Under the pieces are notes generated by a model. The model was not told the origin of the DNA and made no database searches. It saw only the letters and a program-made list of their open reading frames with translations. DNA of 63,545 bases, filler included, from Thermodesulfobacteriota bacterium (lineage in GTDB: Bacteria > DASVDK01), in NCBI GenBank assembly GCA_036381125.1. It is 7 parts of 7 records of this genome, joined end to end, with 100 filler letters (N's around TTAATTAATTAA, not from the genome) between each part and the next. Parts side by side here need not be neighbours in the genome. Positions count along the whole stretch, not along the records: positions 48,894 to 57,494 come from DASVDK010000065.1; positions 57,595 to 63,545 come from DASVDK010000072.1; 5 more parts are not named here. One strand, 5' to 3'. Positions 53,462 to 61,976 of this stretch are shown piece by piece. The stretch's first letter is position 1; each line of letters opens with the position of its first letter. The position numbers were made by a program, and so were the translations under genes.

Positions 53462-54664
53462 ATGGCGACGCTGCTCCTCTTCGCTCTCGGGGTCGCCGTC
53501 CTCTCGGCATGGGCGGCGGCCGCCGTCATGGTCGTGCGCGGGGTCTCCCGCGTCCGGGCGCTCGGCGCCGTCACCGAGCCCTATGCGCCGTGGCGGCCGG
53601 CCGAGGCGCCGGCCGTGAGCGCCATCGTCCCGGCCCGCGACGAGGCCGCGGCGCTCGAACGGGCGATCCGCTCGCTCCTCGCGCAGGACTACCCGGCGCT
53701 CGAGGTCATCGCGGTCGACGACCGGTCGAGCGACGAGACCCCCGCCATCCTGGCCCGGCTCGCGGCCGAGGACGCGCGCCTGACGGTCGTGCGCGTCGAC
53801 CGCCTGCCCATGGCCGAAGACGGCACCCCCGCCTGGCTCGGCAAGTCTTACGCGCTCGCCCGGGGCGCCGAGCGCGCGAGGGGCGAGTGGCTCCTCTTCT
53901 GCGACGCGGACGTCGAGCACGACCCGACCGTGGTCTCGCGCGCCGTTCGCGTCGCGGTGCGCGACGGGCGGGAGCATCTGACGCTGCTGCCGCGCGTCGA
54001 GCCGTCCGGGACGCTGCAGCGCGCCTTCCTCGGCGCCTTCGGGCTCGCCCTGCTGCTCGCTCGACGCGTCTGGGACGTACCCGACCCGAAGAGTCGCGCC
54101 TCGGTCGGCGTCGGCGCGTTCAACCTCGTCCACCGCGCGATCTACAGCCGGTTCGGCGGGCACGCCGCGCTGCGCCTCGAGGTCATCGACGACATGGCGC
54201 TCGCGCAGGAGGCGAAGCGGGCGGGCGGGCGGAGCGAGGCGCTCTTCGCCGACGGCCTCGTCCGGCTCCGGTGGTACCCCTCGGTCCGCGCGATGGTCGA
54301 GGGCTTCACGAAGAACGCCTTCGCCGCGGTCGGCTTCTCGCTGCCGGCGGCGGTCGGCGCGGTGACCGTCCAGGCCCTGCTCGGCCTCGGGCCGTACCTC
54401 GGCGCGCTGTTCGCGCCCGGGATCGCCCGCGTCCCGTACCTGCTCGCCGTGGCCGGCATCACCGCCGGCTTCGGCATCTACGGGCGGCGCGAGCCGGAGC
54501 AGGCCCGCCTCTCGGACGCGGTCCTCTTCCCCGTGGCCGTGCTGCTCCTCATGGCGAGCTTCGCCCGGTCCACCTGGGCGACGCTCGCGCGGGGAGGGGT
54601 CGAGTGGCGGGGGACGCGCTATCCGCTGGCGCGCCTACGGGAGGGGAGCCGGTTTCGCGCCTGA
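53462..54664 (+). CDS. GT2 glycosyltransferase (HpnB/CrtQ-like)
   Basis: IVPARDE, VDDRSSD, WLGK, LFCDAD, IDDMALA, C-terminal TMs and VEWRG. Confidence 0.88.
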   Translation: MATLLLFALGVAVLSAWAAAAVMVVRGVSRVRALGAVTEPYAPWRPAEAPAVSAIVPARDEAAALERAIRSLLAQDYPALEVIAVDDRSSDETPAILARLAAEDARLTVVRVDRLPMAEDGTPAWLGKSYALARGAERARGEWLLFCDADVEHDPTVVSRAVRVAVRDGREHLTLLPRVEPSGTLQRAFLGAFGLALLLARRVWDVPDPKSRASVGVGAFNLVHRAIYSRFGGHAALRLEVIDDMALAQEAKRAGGRSEALFADGLVRLRWYPSVRAMVEGFTKNAFAAVGFSLPAAVGAVTVQALLGLGPYLGALFAPGIARVPYLLAVAGITAGFGIYGRREPEQARLSDAVLFPVAVLLLMASFARSTWATLARGGVEWRGTRYPLARLREGSRFRA

Positions 54665-55054
54665 CCGCGACGGCTCCGGGGCGAGCCACCTGGCGCGCAG
54701 CCGGACGAAGATGCCGCGGACGACCAGCGGCGCGTCGACGCAGACGCCGGCCGACTCGCCCGGCGCGAGCGTCTCCGGCTCGAGCGGCACGCGGACGAGG
54801 CTGAGCCGTTGCATCAGGGGCCCCGGTCCGCCGAGCAGTTCGACCCATGCGGCGGCCTCGTGGGCCGTCCGGTCGTCGCGGTTCTCGATCCTGAGGCAGA
54901 GCCGGCGCTCCGCGGGAGCGGGGACGTGCCACCAGGTGCGGTCGACCGTGACGAGCCGTCCCCGGCGCAACGGCGCGTGGCTCCGCTCGGCTGCGTCGGC
55001 GGTCGTTGCCGCGACGAGCACGAGAGCGGCGATGGCCGCGACGGCTCCGCTCAC
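54635..55054 (-). CDS. Hypothetical secreted protein
   Basis: Signal-peptide-like N-terminus, two Cys, GGAGG upstream; overlaps the GT2 3' end. Confidence 0.5.
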   Translation of the reverse strand: MSGAVAAIAALVLVAATTADAAERSHAPLRRGRLVTVDRTWWHVPAPAERRLCLRIENRDDRTAHEAAAWVELLGGPGPLMQRLSLVRVPLEPETLAPGESAGVCVDAPLVVRGIFVRLRARWLAPEPSRSGAKPAPLP

Positions 55055-55126
55055 CCCAGGCCCTCCCTCCGGACGGCTCGCACGGCCTGCAAGGGGCGAG
55101 CCCCCTACGAATGATACGATGACGGC

Positions 55127-55666
55127 ATGTATCTGACCATCCAGCTTTCGCGCTACGACTTCGCCGAGGGCCACCGGGTGCGGCAGCCGCCGTACGTCAC
55201 GCTCGACGGCGCCGCCTGCGAGCGCTTCGCGCATCTGGCCGCGGCGGCCGGTCTGTTCACGCCTTCCGGCAGCCAGCCGCGCTTCTACCCGGACCTCCGC
55301 GCGGCGGCCACCGAGCGCGACCCCGAGTCGGACGGCCCGGCCGACAGCCCGCCGGACCGGCCGCCGGGCGTTCGGTGGCGCGACTACAACCGGCTCATCG
55401 ACGAGTGGCGGACGTCCATGGGGCTCCACAACGGCGAGCGCGCGTTCCTGCTCGACGCGGCCCAGGTGGCGAGACTCGCCTCGGGCCTCGCGGCCCCGGA
55501 CCTGGCCGAGCGGCTCGTCGAGGCGGCCCGCGCCGCGGGCGTGACGCCGCTGCCGACCGCACGGGAGATCCGGGCGACGGTCTCGTCGGTCTTCGACCGC
55601 GTCCGCCCCATGGTCGAGGAGGCCGCGGCGCGCGGTCAGGGGATCTGGATCGCGGAGTCGACGTGA
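55127..55666 (+). CDS. Hypothetical protein
   Basis: 179-aa ORF with GC3-rich codon usage; TG-A-TACGAT 6 nt before the ATG. Confidence 0.65.
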   Translation: MYLTIQLSRYDFAEGHRVRQPPYVTLDGAACERFAHLAAAAGLFTPSGSQPRFYPDLRAAATERDPESDGPADSPPDRPPGVRWRDYNRLIDEWRTSMGLHNGERAFLLDAAQVARLASGLAAPDLAERLVEAARAAGVTPLPTAREIRATVSSVFDRVRPMVEEAAARGQGIWIAEST

Positions 55667-55710
55667 CGGACCGGCGCAGGCGCTAAGATCGGGCCGGAAG
55701 GAGACGACTC

Positions 55711-56262
55711 ATGGCCGACGCCTACGGGCGCCGCACGGTCGATGCGATGATCGAGATCCCGCGCGGCAGCCGGAACAAGTACGAATGGGACGCCAGGCGT
55801 GGCGCGTTCCGACTCGACCGGGTCCTCTACTCCTCGGTGCACTACCCGGCGGACTACGGCTTCATCCCCGGGACCCTGGCCGAGGACGGCGACCCGCTGG
55901 ACATCCTCGTGCTCGTGCAGGAGCCGTCCTTCACCGGCTGCCTCATCGAGGCGCGCCCCATCGGGATGCTCGAGATGGCGGACGACAAGGGCCGCGACCT
56001 GAAGGTCCTCGCGGTGCCGGCGGTCGATCCGCGCTTCGCGGAGATCGACGACCTCGCGAAGCTGCCGCAGCACTGGCAGCTCGAGATCGCCGAGTTCTTC
56101 GAGATCTACAAGCGGCTCGAGAACAAGCGCACCGACGTGGGGGAGTGGCACCGGCTGGACGCGACGTGGATGGCGATCGCCGAGGCGTTCGATACGGCGC
56201 GCCGCGCCGCCGGCGAGCCGGTCGTGTCGCTCACGTCGATGAAGCTGCCGCCCCGTTCCTGA
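55711..56262 (+). CDS. ppa: Inorganic pyrophosphatase (family I)
   Basis: IEIPRGSRNKYE, YPADYGFIP, DGDPLD, FFEIYK. Confidence 0.96.
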   Translation: MADAYGRRTVDAMIEIPRGSRNKYEWDARRGAFRLDRVLYSSVHYPADYGFIPGTLAEDGDPLDILVLVQEPSFTGCLIEARPIGMLEMADDKGRDLKVLAVPAVDPRFAEIDDLAKLPQHWQLEIAEFFEIYKRLENKRTDVGEWHRLDATWMAIAEAFDTARRAAGEPVVSLTSMKLPPRS

Positions 56263-56316
56263 CGGATGGAGCGCCGCGCCAGGCACGGACGGTGCCGGCC
56301 GAGCGGGACGGCCGGC

Positions 56317-56613
56317 TCAGCTCCCCTCCCGCCGCTCGGGGTCCCTCCCGCCGTCGATCACGCGGAAACCGAGACGCTCGGCACGTCGTACGGCGGGACC
56401 CGCGCGTCTCGGCGCCGGCTCGCCCGAGACCGACGCCATCTCGCGCTCGAGCGCCTCGATGCAGTCGGCCATCGTCCGGCCTTCGACGACGGCTCCGTCG
56501 TCGCGCGATTCGAGGAAGAGCAGGACGCGCTGGCGGTCGGCGGTCAGCGTGAAGAAGTGCAGCTCGAAGCCGAGACAGGCCATCGCGCGATGAAGACGCT
56601 GGGTGAGATTCAT
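56317..56613 (-). CDS. Small hypothetical protein
   Basis: 98-aa ORF with globular-looking N-terminus and FRVIDGG tail. Confidence 0.5.
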   Translation of the reverse strand: MNLTQRLHRAMACLGFELHFFTLTADRQRVLLFLESRDDGAVVEGRTMADCIEALEREMASVSGEPAPRRAGPAVRRAERLGFRVIDGGRDPERREGS

Positions 56614-56819
56614 GGGCGCGGGATGCTACAGGAAAGCGCTTCCGGAGGCAAGCGTGTAGACGACTTGACGGGGCGCGTCGAGCAGACGAGGCCCCGGTCC
56701 GTGCGGCTAGCGCTCGCTCGAAGCAACAATTCTTCTTTCCAGCGGAGAATTCGGGTATAGTGGCGCCGAGCAGCGGGCCGAAGAGCCTAGTTTCTGCGCA
56801 ATCTTACGGGGGTGGAACG

Positions 56820-57419
56820 ATGGCGAAGACGACGGCCAAGCGGTCGTCCAGGAAGGCGGCGCCCAAGAAGCGGAGCGTCGCCGCGAAGGCCAAGGCGAAG
56901 CCGGCCAAGAAGAAGACAGCCGCCCGCAAGCCAGCAAGGAAGACAGCCGCCCGCAAGCCTGCACGCAAGACCGCCGCGCGTAAGCCGGCCGCCCGCAAGC
57001 CGGCCGCCCGCAAGGGCACGGCCCGGACGGCCGCGAAGAAGAAGGCGCCGGCCAGGAAGAAGACGACCGCGCGCAAGACGACGACCAGGCCCAGGGCCCC
57101 CGCGGCCCCGAAGCCGGCCCCGAGCCCCACCACGCCGTCGGGCGGGCCGTCGCCCGCAGCCCCGAAGCCGGCCCCGTCTCCTGCGTCGGGTGGATTCGGC
57201 GGCACGCCGATGGCGCCGCGGCCCCCCATGCCGCCGGCCGGTGGAGGGATGGGGCTTCCCAGGCCGCCGGCGCCGCCGCCGGTCACCCCGCGGCCCGAGC
57301 CGCCGCAGCCGCCCTCGACCGGCGGCGGCATGCCGGGCTCGAGCGCGCCGTCGAGCGGAGGCGGCCTGCCGCCGCGCCCGGAGTGGCCGCCGAAGCCGGG
57401 CGGCAGCGGTCAGAGCTAG
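56820..57419 (+). CDS. Histone H1-like Lys/Ala/Arg-rich protein with Pro/Gly-rich tail
   Basis: Repeated KTAARKPAR/AARKP units followed by a PPAP-rich low-complexity region. Confidence 0.75.
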   Translation: MAKTTAKRSSRKAAPKKRSVAAKAKAKPAKKKTAARKPARKTAARKPARKTAARKPAARKPAARKGTARTAAKKKAPARKKTTARKTTTRPRAPAAPKPAPSPTTPSGGPSPAAPKPAPSPASGGFGGTPMAPRPPMPPAGGGMGLPRPPAPPPVTPRPEPPQPPSTGGGMPGSSAPSSGGGLPPRPEWPPKPGGSGQS

Positions 57420-57494
57420 TCCCCTCCTGCCAGGCCGCCGGGAGGCCCCGGTCCCGCGGCTCGGCCACGGCCGCGGGGAGGCCAGGGAGGCGTC

Positions 57495-57594
57495 NNNNNN
57501 NNNNNNNNNNNNNNNNNNNNNNNNNNNNNNNNNNNNNNTTAATTAATTAANNNNNNNNNNNNNNNNNNNNNNNNNNNNNNNNNNNNNNNNNNNN
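57495..57594. other. Assembly linker
   Basis: N44-TTAATTAATTAA-N44. Confidence 0.99.
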
Positions 57595-57723
57595 CACTTC
57601 GGCACCGTCAATGCGATCTACGAGGAGGCGCTCGGCGGCGCCAGGCCGGCGCGGTCGACCGTGCAGGTGGCGGCCTTGCCGCGCGGCGCCGAGGTCGAGA
57701 TCGAGGTCGTCGCGGTCGCGTGA
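57595..57723 (+). CDS. RidA/YjgF family enamine deaminase, C-terminal fragment
   Basis: VNAIY..PARSTVQVAALPRGAEVEIEVVA*. Confidence 0.9.
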   Translation, partial: HFGTVNAIYEEALGGARPARSTVQVAALPRGAEVEIEVVAVA

Positions 57724-57758
57724 ACCCGTCTTCCCTCATTTCCAGGAGTCAGCAACCA

Positions 57759-59243
57759 ATGGCCGAGGCCTTCAAGAACCTCGTCGGCGGCAAGTGGGTG
57801 GGCGCCGCCTCGGGCAAGACCTTCGAGGACCGCAACCCGGCGGACCGCAACGACCTCATCGGGACCTTCCCGCGCTCCGACGCGAAGGACATCGCGGCGG
57901 CGGTGGCGAGCGCGAAGGCGACCTTCGAGACCTGGCGCAAGGTGCCGGCGCCCCGCCGCGGCGAGATCCTCTTCCGCGCCGCCGAGATCATGGTGAAGCG
58001 GAAGGAGGAGCTCGCGCGCCTCATGGTCCGCGAGATGGGGAAGGTCATCAAGGAGGCGCGGGGGGACGTCCAGGAAGGGATCGACATGACCTACTACATG
58101 GCGGGCGAGGGGCGCCGCCAGTTCGGTCAGCAGGTCCCCGCCGAGTTGCCCGACAAGTTCGCGGTGGCGGTGCGCGAGCCGGTCGGCGTCATCGCGGCCA
58201 TCACCCCCTGGAACTTCCCCTTCGCCATCCCGACCTGGAAGCTCATGCCGGCCCTCGTCACCGGCAACACGGTGGTCTTCAAGCCGGCCGAGGACACGCC
58301 GCTCATGGCGGTGAGGCTGGTCGAGATTCTCATGGAGGCGGGACTGCCGGACGGCGTGGTCAACATCGTCCACGGCTTCGGCGAGGAGGCCGGCGCGCCG
58401 CTCGTCGAGCACCCGGACGTCGACCTCGTCACCTTCACCGGCTCCACCGAGGTCGGCCGCCTCGTCTCGATCGCCTGCGCGAAGAACGGCAAGAAGTGCT
58501 CGCTCGAGATGGGGGGCAAGAACCCCATCATCGTCATGGACGACGCGAACCTCGACCTCGCCATCGACGGGTCGGTCTGGAGCGCCTTCGGCACGAGCGG
58601 CCAGCGCTGCACCGCCGCCTCGCGCCTCATCGTGCACGAGGCCGTCGCGAAGCGGTTCGCCGAGCGCATGGCGGAGCGTGCGGCGTCGCTCAGGCTCGGC
58701 CCGGGCCTCGAGGAGACGACCGACGTCGGGCCGGTCATCAACGAGGACCAGCTCCGGCGGATCCACTCCTACACGGAGATCGGGAAGAAGGAGGGGGCCG
58801 AGCTGCTCGTCGGCGGCGACATCGCGAAGGACGGCGCGCTCGCCGGCGGGTACTTCTACAAGCCGACGGTCTTCTCGGGCGTCAAGCCGACCATGCGGAT
58901 CGCCCAGGAGGAGATCTTCGGGCCGACGACGGCCGTCGTGCCGGTCCGGTCGCTCGAGGAGGCGGTGCACGTCGCCAACGACGTGAAGTACGGCCTCTCG
59001 GCCGCCATCTTCACCTCGGACATCAACAAGGCGTTCCGGGCGATGCGCGACCTGCGGACCGGTCTCGTCTACATCAACGCCGGCACCATCGGCGCCGAGA
59101 TCCAGCTCCCCTTCGGCGGCACCAAGGGCACCGGCAACGGCCACCGCGAGGCCGGCACCGCCGCCCTCGACGTCGTCACCGAGTGGAAGAGCGTCTACAT
59201 CGACTACTCGGGGAAGCTCCAGAAGGCGCAGATCGACGTGTAG
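57759..59243 (+). CDS. NAD(P)-dependent aldehyde dehydrogenase
   Basis: TPWNFP, FTGSTEVG, LEMGGKNP, GQRCTA, EEIFGP, PFGG; AGGAG RBS. Confidence 0.95.
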   Translation: MAEAFKNLVGGKWVGAASGKTFEDRNPADRNDLIGTFPRSDAKDIAAAVASAKATFETWRKVPAPRRGEILFRAAEIMVKRKEELARLMVREMGKVIKEARGDVQEGIDMTYYMAGEGRRQFGQQVPAELPDKFAVAVREPVGVIAAITPWNFPFAIPTWKLMPALVTGNTVVFKPAEDTPLMAVRLVEILMEAGLPDGVVNIVHGFGEEAGAPLVEHPDVDLVTFTGSTEVGRLVSIACAKNGKKCSLEMGGKNPIIVMDDANLDLAIDGSVWSAFGTSGQRCTAASRLIVHEAVAKRFAERMAERAASLRLGPGLEETTDVGPVINEDQLRRIHSYTEIGKKEGAELLVGGDIAKDGALAGGYFYKPTVFSGVKPTMRIAQEEIFGPTTAVVPVRSLEEAVHVANDVKYGLSAAIFTSDINKAFRAMRDLRTGLVYINAGTIGAEIQLPFGGTKGTGNGHREAGTAALDVVTEWKSVYIDYSGKLQKAQIDV

Positions 59244-59296
59244 CCGCGGCCGGCTCGCGGCGTCGGACGTTCGGTCCGCGCGACCGGGGCCGGCCG

Positions 59297-59340
59297 CCTC
59301 GCGCGTGCGTCGCGACCGACGATCGCGACGGCGCGCGGGG
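59297..59340. terminator. Hairpin between convergent genes
   Basis: CGCGCG..CGTCGCGA / TCGCGACG..CGCGCG stem; no U-tract. Confidence 0.4.
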
Positions 59341-59354
59341 CCTTGCGCGCCGGC

Positions 59355-60542
59355 CTACGAGGTGTCGGCCTGTACGGGAGGCTTCCGCTCGAGCGGCGCC
59401 CCGCGCACCCTGCCGGTCCGCTCCACGACCCGGTACGGGTGCGTCTTGCCGTGCTCGTGCGCGTACCACGCCGCCCCCGCCAGCGTCGCCGACGTCAGGA
59501 CGAACATCCACCGGTAGCCGACGAGGTCGGCCGCGGCCCCGTAGGCGATCACGAGCAGGTTCGCCCCCATCGAGAAGCCGAGGCTGAAGATGCCGAGCGA
59601 CTTGCCCCGGTGCTCGGCCCGCGCCTGGTCCATGACGAGCGCCGAGAGGACCGGCCAGAGGACCCCGTGGGCGAAGCCGAAGAGGATCCCGGCCACGATG
59701 AACGTCGCGGCGCCCGCGCCGGTGGCCAGGATCGCGACGGCCACGGCGCCCATCACGAGGAACGGGGCCACGAGGCGGTGGCGGTCCGGGGCGTCGACCA
59801 GGCGGCCGCCCAGGACGCGCGACAGGACGACGGTGGAGGTGTAGGCGAGGAAGAAGGTCGTGAAGAGCACGCCCGACGCCTGCGCGTAGGCCGGCACGAA
59901 CGTGACCAGCACGCCGAACCCGACCCCCTGGAGCACGGCGACCGCGGTCGGCTCCCGCAAGGCCCAGGCGTGCTCGCGCCGGAACGGCTTGAGGGCCAGC
60001 GAGCCGGTCGGCCGCTTCGCCTCCACCGTCTTGAAGGACATGATCGCCGCCCCGAGGGCGAGCAGGGAGCCCATGAGGAAGACGAGGCGGTAGGAGCCGG
60101 TCGCCTCGACCAGCGCCTCGGCGATGGGGGGGCCGATGGCGACGGCCGTGTTGCCGGCAAGGCCGTAGAGCCCCACGCCCTTGCCGCGCCGCTCGGGCGG
60201 CAAGAGGTCGGCGAGCATCGTGAGCGACGCGTTCGAGTAGAGGGAGAAGCCGATCCCCTGGATGATCCGGGCGACGAACATCCAGATCGAGAGGTAGGGG
60301 ACGGCGATGAAGACAGCCGACCCGATCAGGGCGCAGAGCCCTCCCGCGATCATGAACGGACGTCGGCCCACCCGGTCGACCAGCAAGGCGACCGCCGGGA
60401 TGGCGACCATGGCCGAGATACCGGCCCCGCCCATGATGGCGGCCACCTGGGAGTCGTTGCCGCCGAGCGTCTTGATGTAGACGCTGAGGATCAGGAAGAG
60501 CGCCCAGGTGACCTGGATGAAGAAGTTACCCACCATGGCCAT
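59355..60542 (-). CDS. MFS transporter
   Basis: About 12 TMs, LVDRVGRR motif A, PERRGKGVG; start may extend to CTG at 60587. Confidence 0.9.
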   Translation of the reverse strand: MAMVGNFFIQVTWALFLILSVYIKTLGGNDSQVAAIMGGAGISAMVAIPAVALLVDRVGRRPFMIAGGLCALIGSAVFIAVPYLSIWMFVARIIQGIGFSLYSNASLTMLADLLPPERRGKGVGLYGLAGNTAVAIGPPIAEALVEATGSYRLVFLMGSLLALGAAIMSFKTVEAKRPTGSLALKPFRREHAWALREPTAVAVLQGVGFGVLVTFVPAYAQASGVLFTTFFLAYTSTVVLSRVLGGRLVDAPDRHRLVAPFLVMGAVAVAILATGAGAATFIVAGILFGFAHGVLWPVLSALVMDQARAEHRGKSLGIFSLGFSMGANLLVIAYGAAADLVGYRWMFVLTSATLAGAAWYAHEHGKTHPYRVVERTGRVRGAPLERKPPVQADTS

Positions 60543-60583
60543 GAGGAAGGTCCTCTGGCCCTGGGCATCGAGATGGAGCGTGG

Positions 60584-61429
60584 TCAGCGGCCTCCGTTCT
60601 GACGTTTCGCTCGGGCCTGCTCGCCCAGCTCGCGTGATCGCTTCGTCGCCGCCTCCACGGCGTTGATGAGCGTCGTGCGCAGGCCGCCCTGCTCGAGCGT
60701 GTGGAGCCCGGCGATGGCGGTGCCGCCGGGGGAGGTCACCTTGTCCTTGAGCGCCCCCGGGTGCTCGCCGGTCTCGATGAGGAGCTTGGCCGCCCCGAGC
60801 ACCGTCTGCGCCGCCAGCGCGAGCGAGACGTCGCGCGACAGGCCGACGCGCACACCCGCGTCGGCGAGCGCGTCGATGATGACGAAGATGTAGGCCGGCC
60901 CGCTCCCCGAGAGGCCGGTGATCGCGTCCATGAGCCCCTCGTCGTCGAGCACGACGGTCGTCCCGACCGAGTCGAAGATCGCCTTGGCCATGGCGAGATC
61001 GCTCTCGGTCGCGTGGGCGCCCGCCACCAGGGCCGTGGCCCCCGCCTGGACGAGCGCGGGAGTGTTCGGCATCACGCGGACGACGCGCGAGCGCTGGTGC
61101 AGGTACGTCTCGATCGACTCGATCGGGACGCCGGCCGCCACCGAGACGATCAGCTTGTCGGCCGTCACGACCCCGGCGACCTCCTCGAGCACCTTCGGCA
61201 GGATCTGCGGCTTCACCGCCAGGACGACGATGTCAGCGCCGGTCACCACCTGCCGGTTGTCGCTGCAGGCCGCGATGCCGTAGACCTGGCGGATGTGCGC
61301 GACGCGCTCCTCCGTGTGGTCCGAGGCGAGGAGTTGCGTCCTCGCCAGGCCCGCGGCGATGAGGCCCTTGATGAGCGCCTCGGCCATGTTGCCGGCGCCG
61401 ACGAAGCCGATGGTCTTGTTGCCGAGCAT
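60584..61429 (-). CDS. proC: Pyrroline-5-carboxylate reductase
   Basis: GFVGAGNMAEA, LAVKPQ, RVMPNTP, GLSGSGPAY, VTSPGGT. Confidence 0.97.
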   Translation of the reverse strand: MLGNKTIGFVGAGNMAEALIKGLIAAGLARTQLLASDHTEERVAHIRQVYGIAACSDNRQVVTGADIVVLAVKPQILPKVLEEVAGVVTADKLIVSVAAGVPIESIETYLHQRSRVVRVMPNTPALVQAGATALVAGAHATESDLAMAKAIFDSVGTTVVLDDEGLMDAITGLSGSGPAYIFVIIDALADAGVRVGLSRDVSLALAAQTVLGAAKLLIETGEHPGALKDKVTSPGGTAIAGLHTLEQGGLRTTLINAVEAATKRSRELGEQARAKRQNGGR

Positions 61430-61458
61430 GGGGAGATCCTCGACGGAAAGTGGGCCTG

Positions 61459-61487
61459 AGCCTACCCCCGGCCTCGGGGAGCGTCAA
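61459..61487 (-). promoter_or_regulatory. sigma70 promoter of proC
   Basis: TTGACG-17 nt-TAGGCT. Confidence 0.7.
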
Positions 61488-61783
61488 GGAAGCCGTGAGA
61501 AGGAGGCGAGCCTCGTGACCGCCCTCGGCCGGGAGGCCTGGGAGGCCCTGTCGGCCGGCCTCGGCCGGATGGTCGCCGCGGCGGAGACCGCCGGGGCGCG
61601 ACGCGGGGCCGACTCGCACCGGTAACCCCTGCCCCTCACCGACGGGCCGCGCGCGGTAGCGGCCGTCATCCGAAGGCAATAAATATATGCATACGCGTCA
61701 AATGGCCTCGCGCTCGGTCGCGCCGGCGACCCCGCTCCTCGGCGCCTGGCTCCTCGTCGACTCGGCCGGGGTCCTCCCCCGCG

Positions 61784-61969
61784 GGGGTCAGGTCTCAACG
61801 CTTTCCACGGGGTCAGGTCTCAACGTTTTCCATGGGGTCAGGTCTCAACGTTTTCCATGGGGTCAGGCCTCAACGTTTTCCGGCGCCGTCGGTCAGGAAA
61901 ATGGAAAGACCTGACCCCCAGGAAAATGGAAAGACCTGACCCCCAGGAAAATGGAAAGACCTGACCCCC
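61784..61969. repeat. Inverted double array of the 25-bp repeat (4 forward + 3 reverse units)
   Basis: Forward units at 61784, 61809, 61834, 61859; reverse GGAAAATGGAAAGACCTGACCCC at 61896, 61921, 61946. Confidence 0.95.
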
Positions 61970-61976
61970 GGATGCT

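Noticed and set aside
61590-61650. Cobalamin-riboswitch-like CCGGTGCGAGTC on the minus strand
   Set aside because: Lacks the GGGAA and GCCACTG core elements, and the downstream gene is proC
61784-61969. CRISPR or TIGR-type guide array
   Set aside because: The variable part is only 5 nt and identical within each arm, the period is 25 nt, and there is no cas or Nop-domain gene nearby
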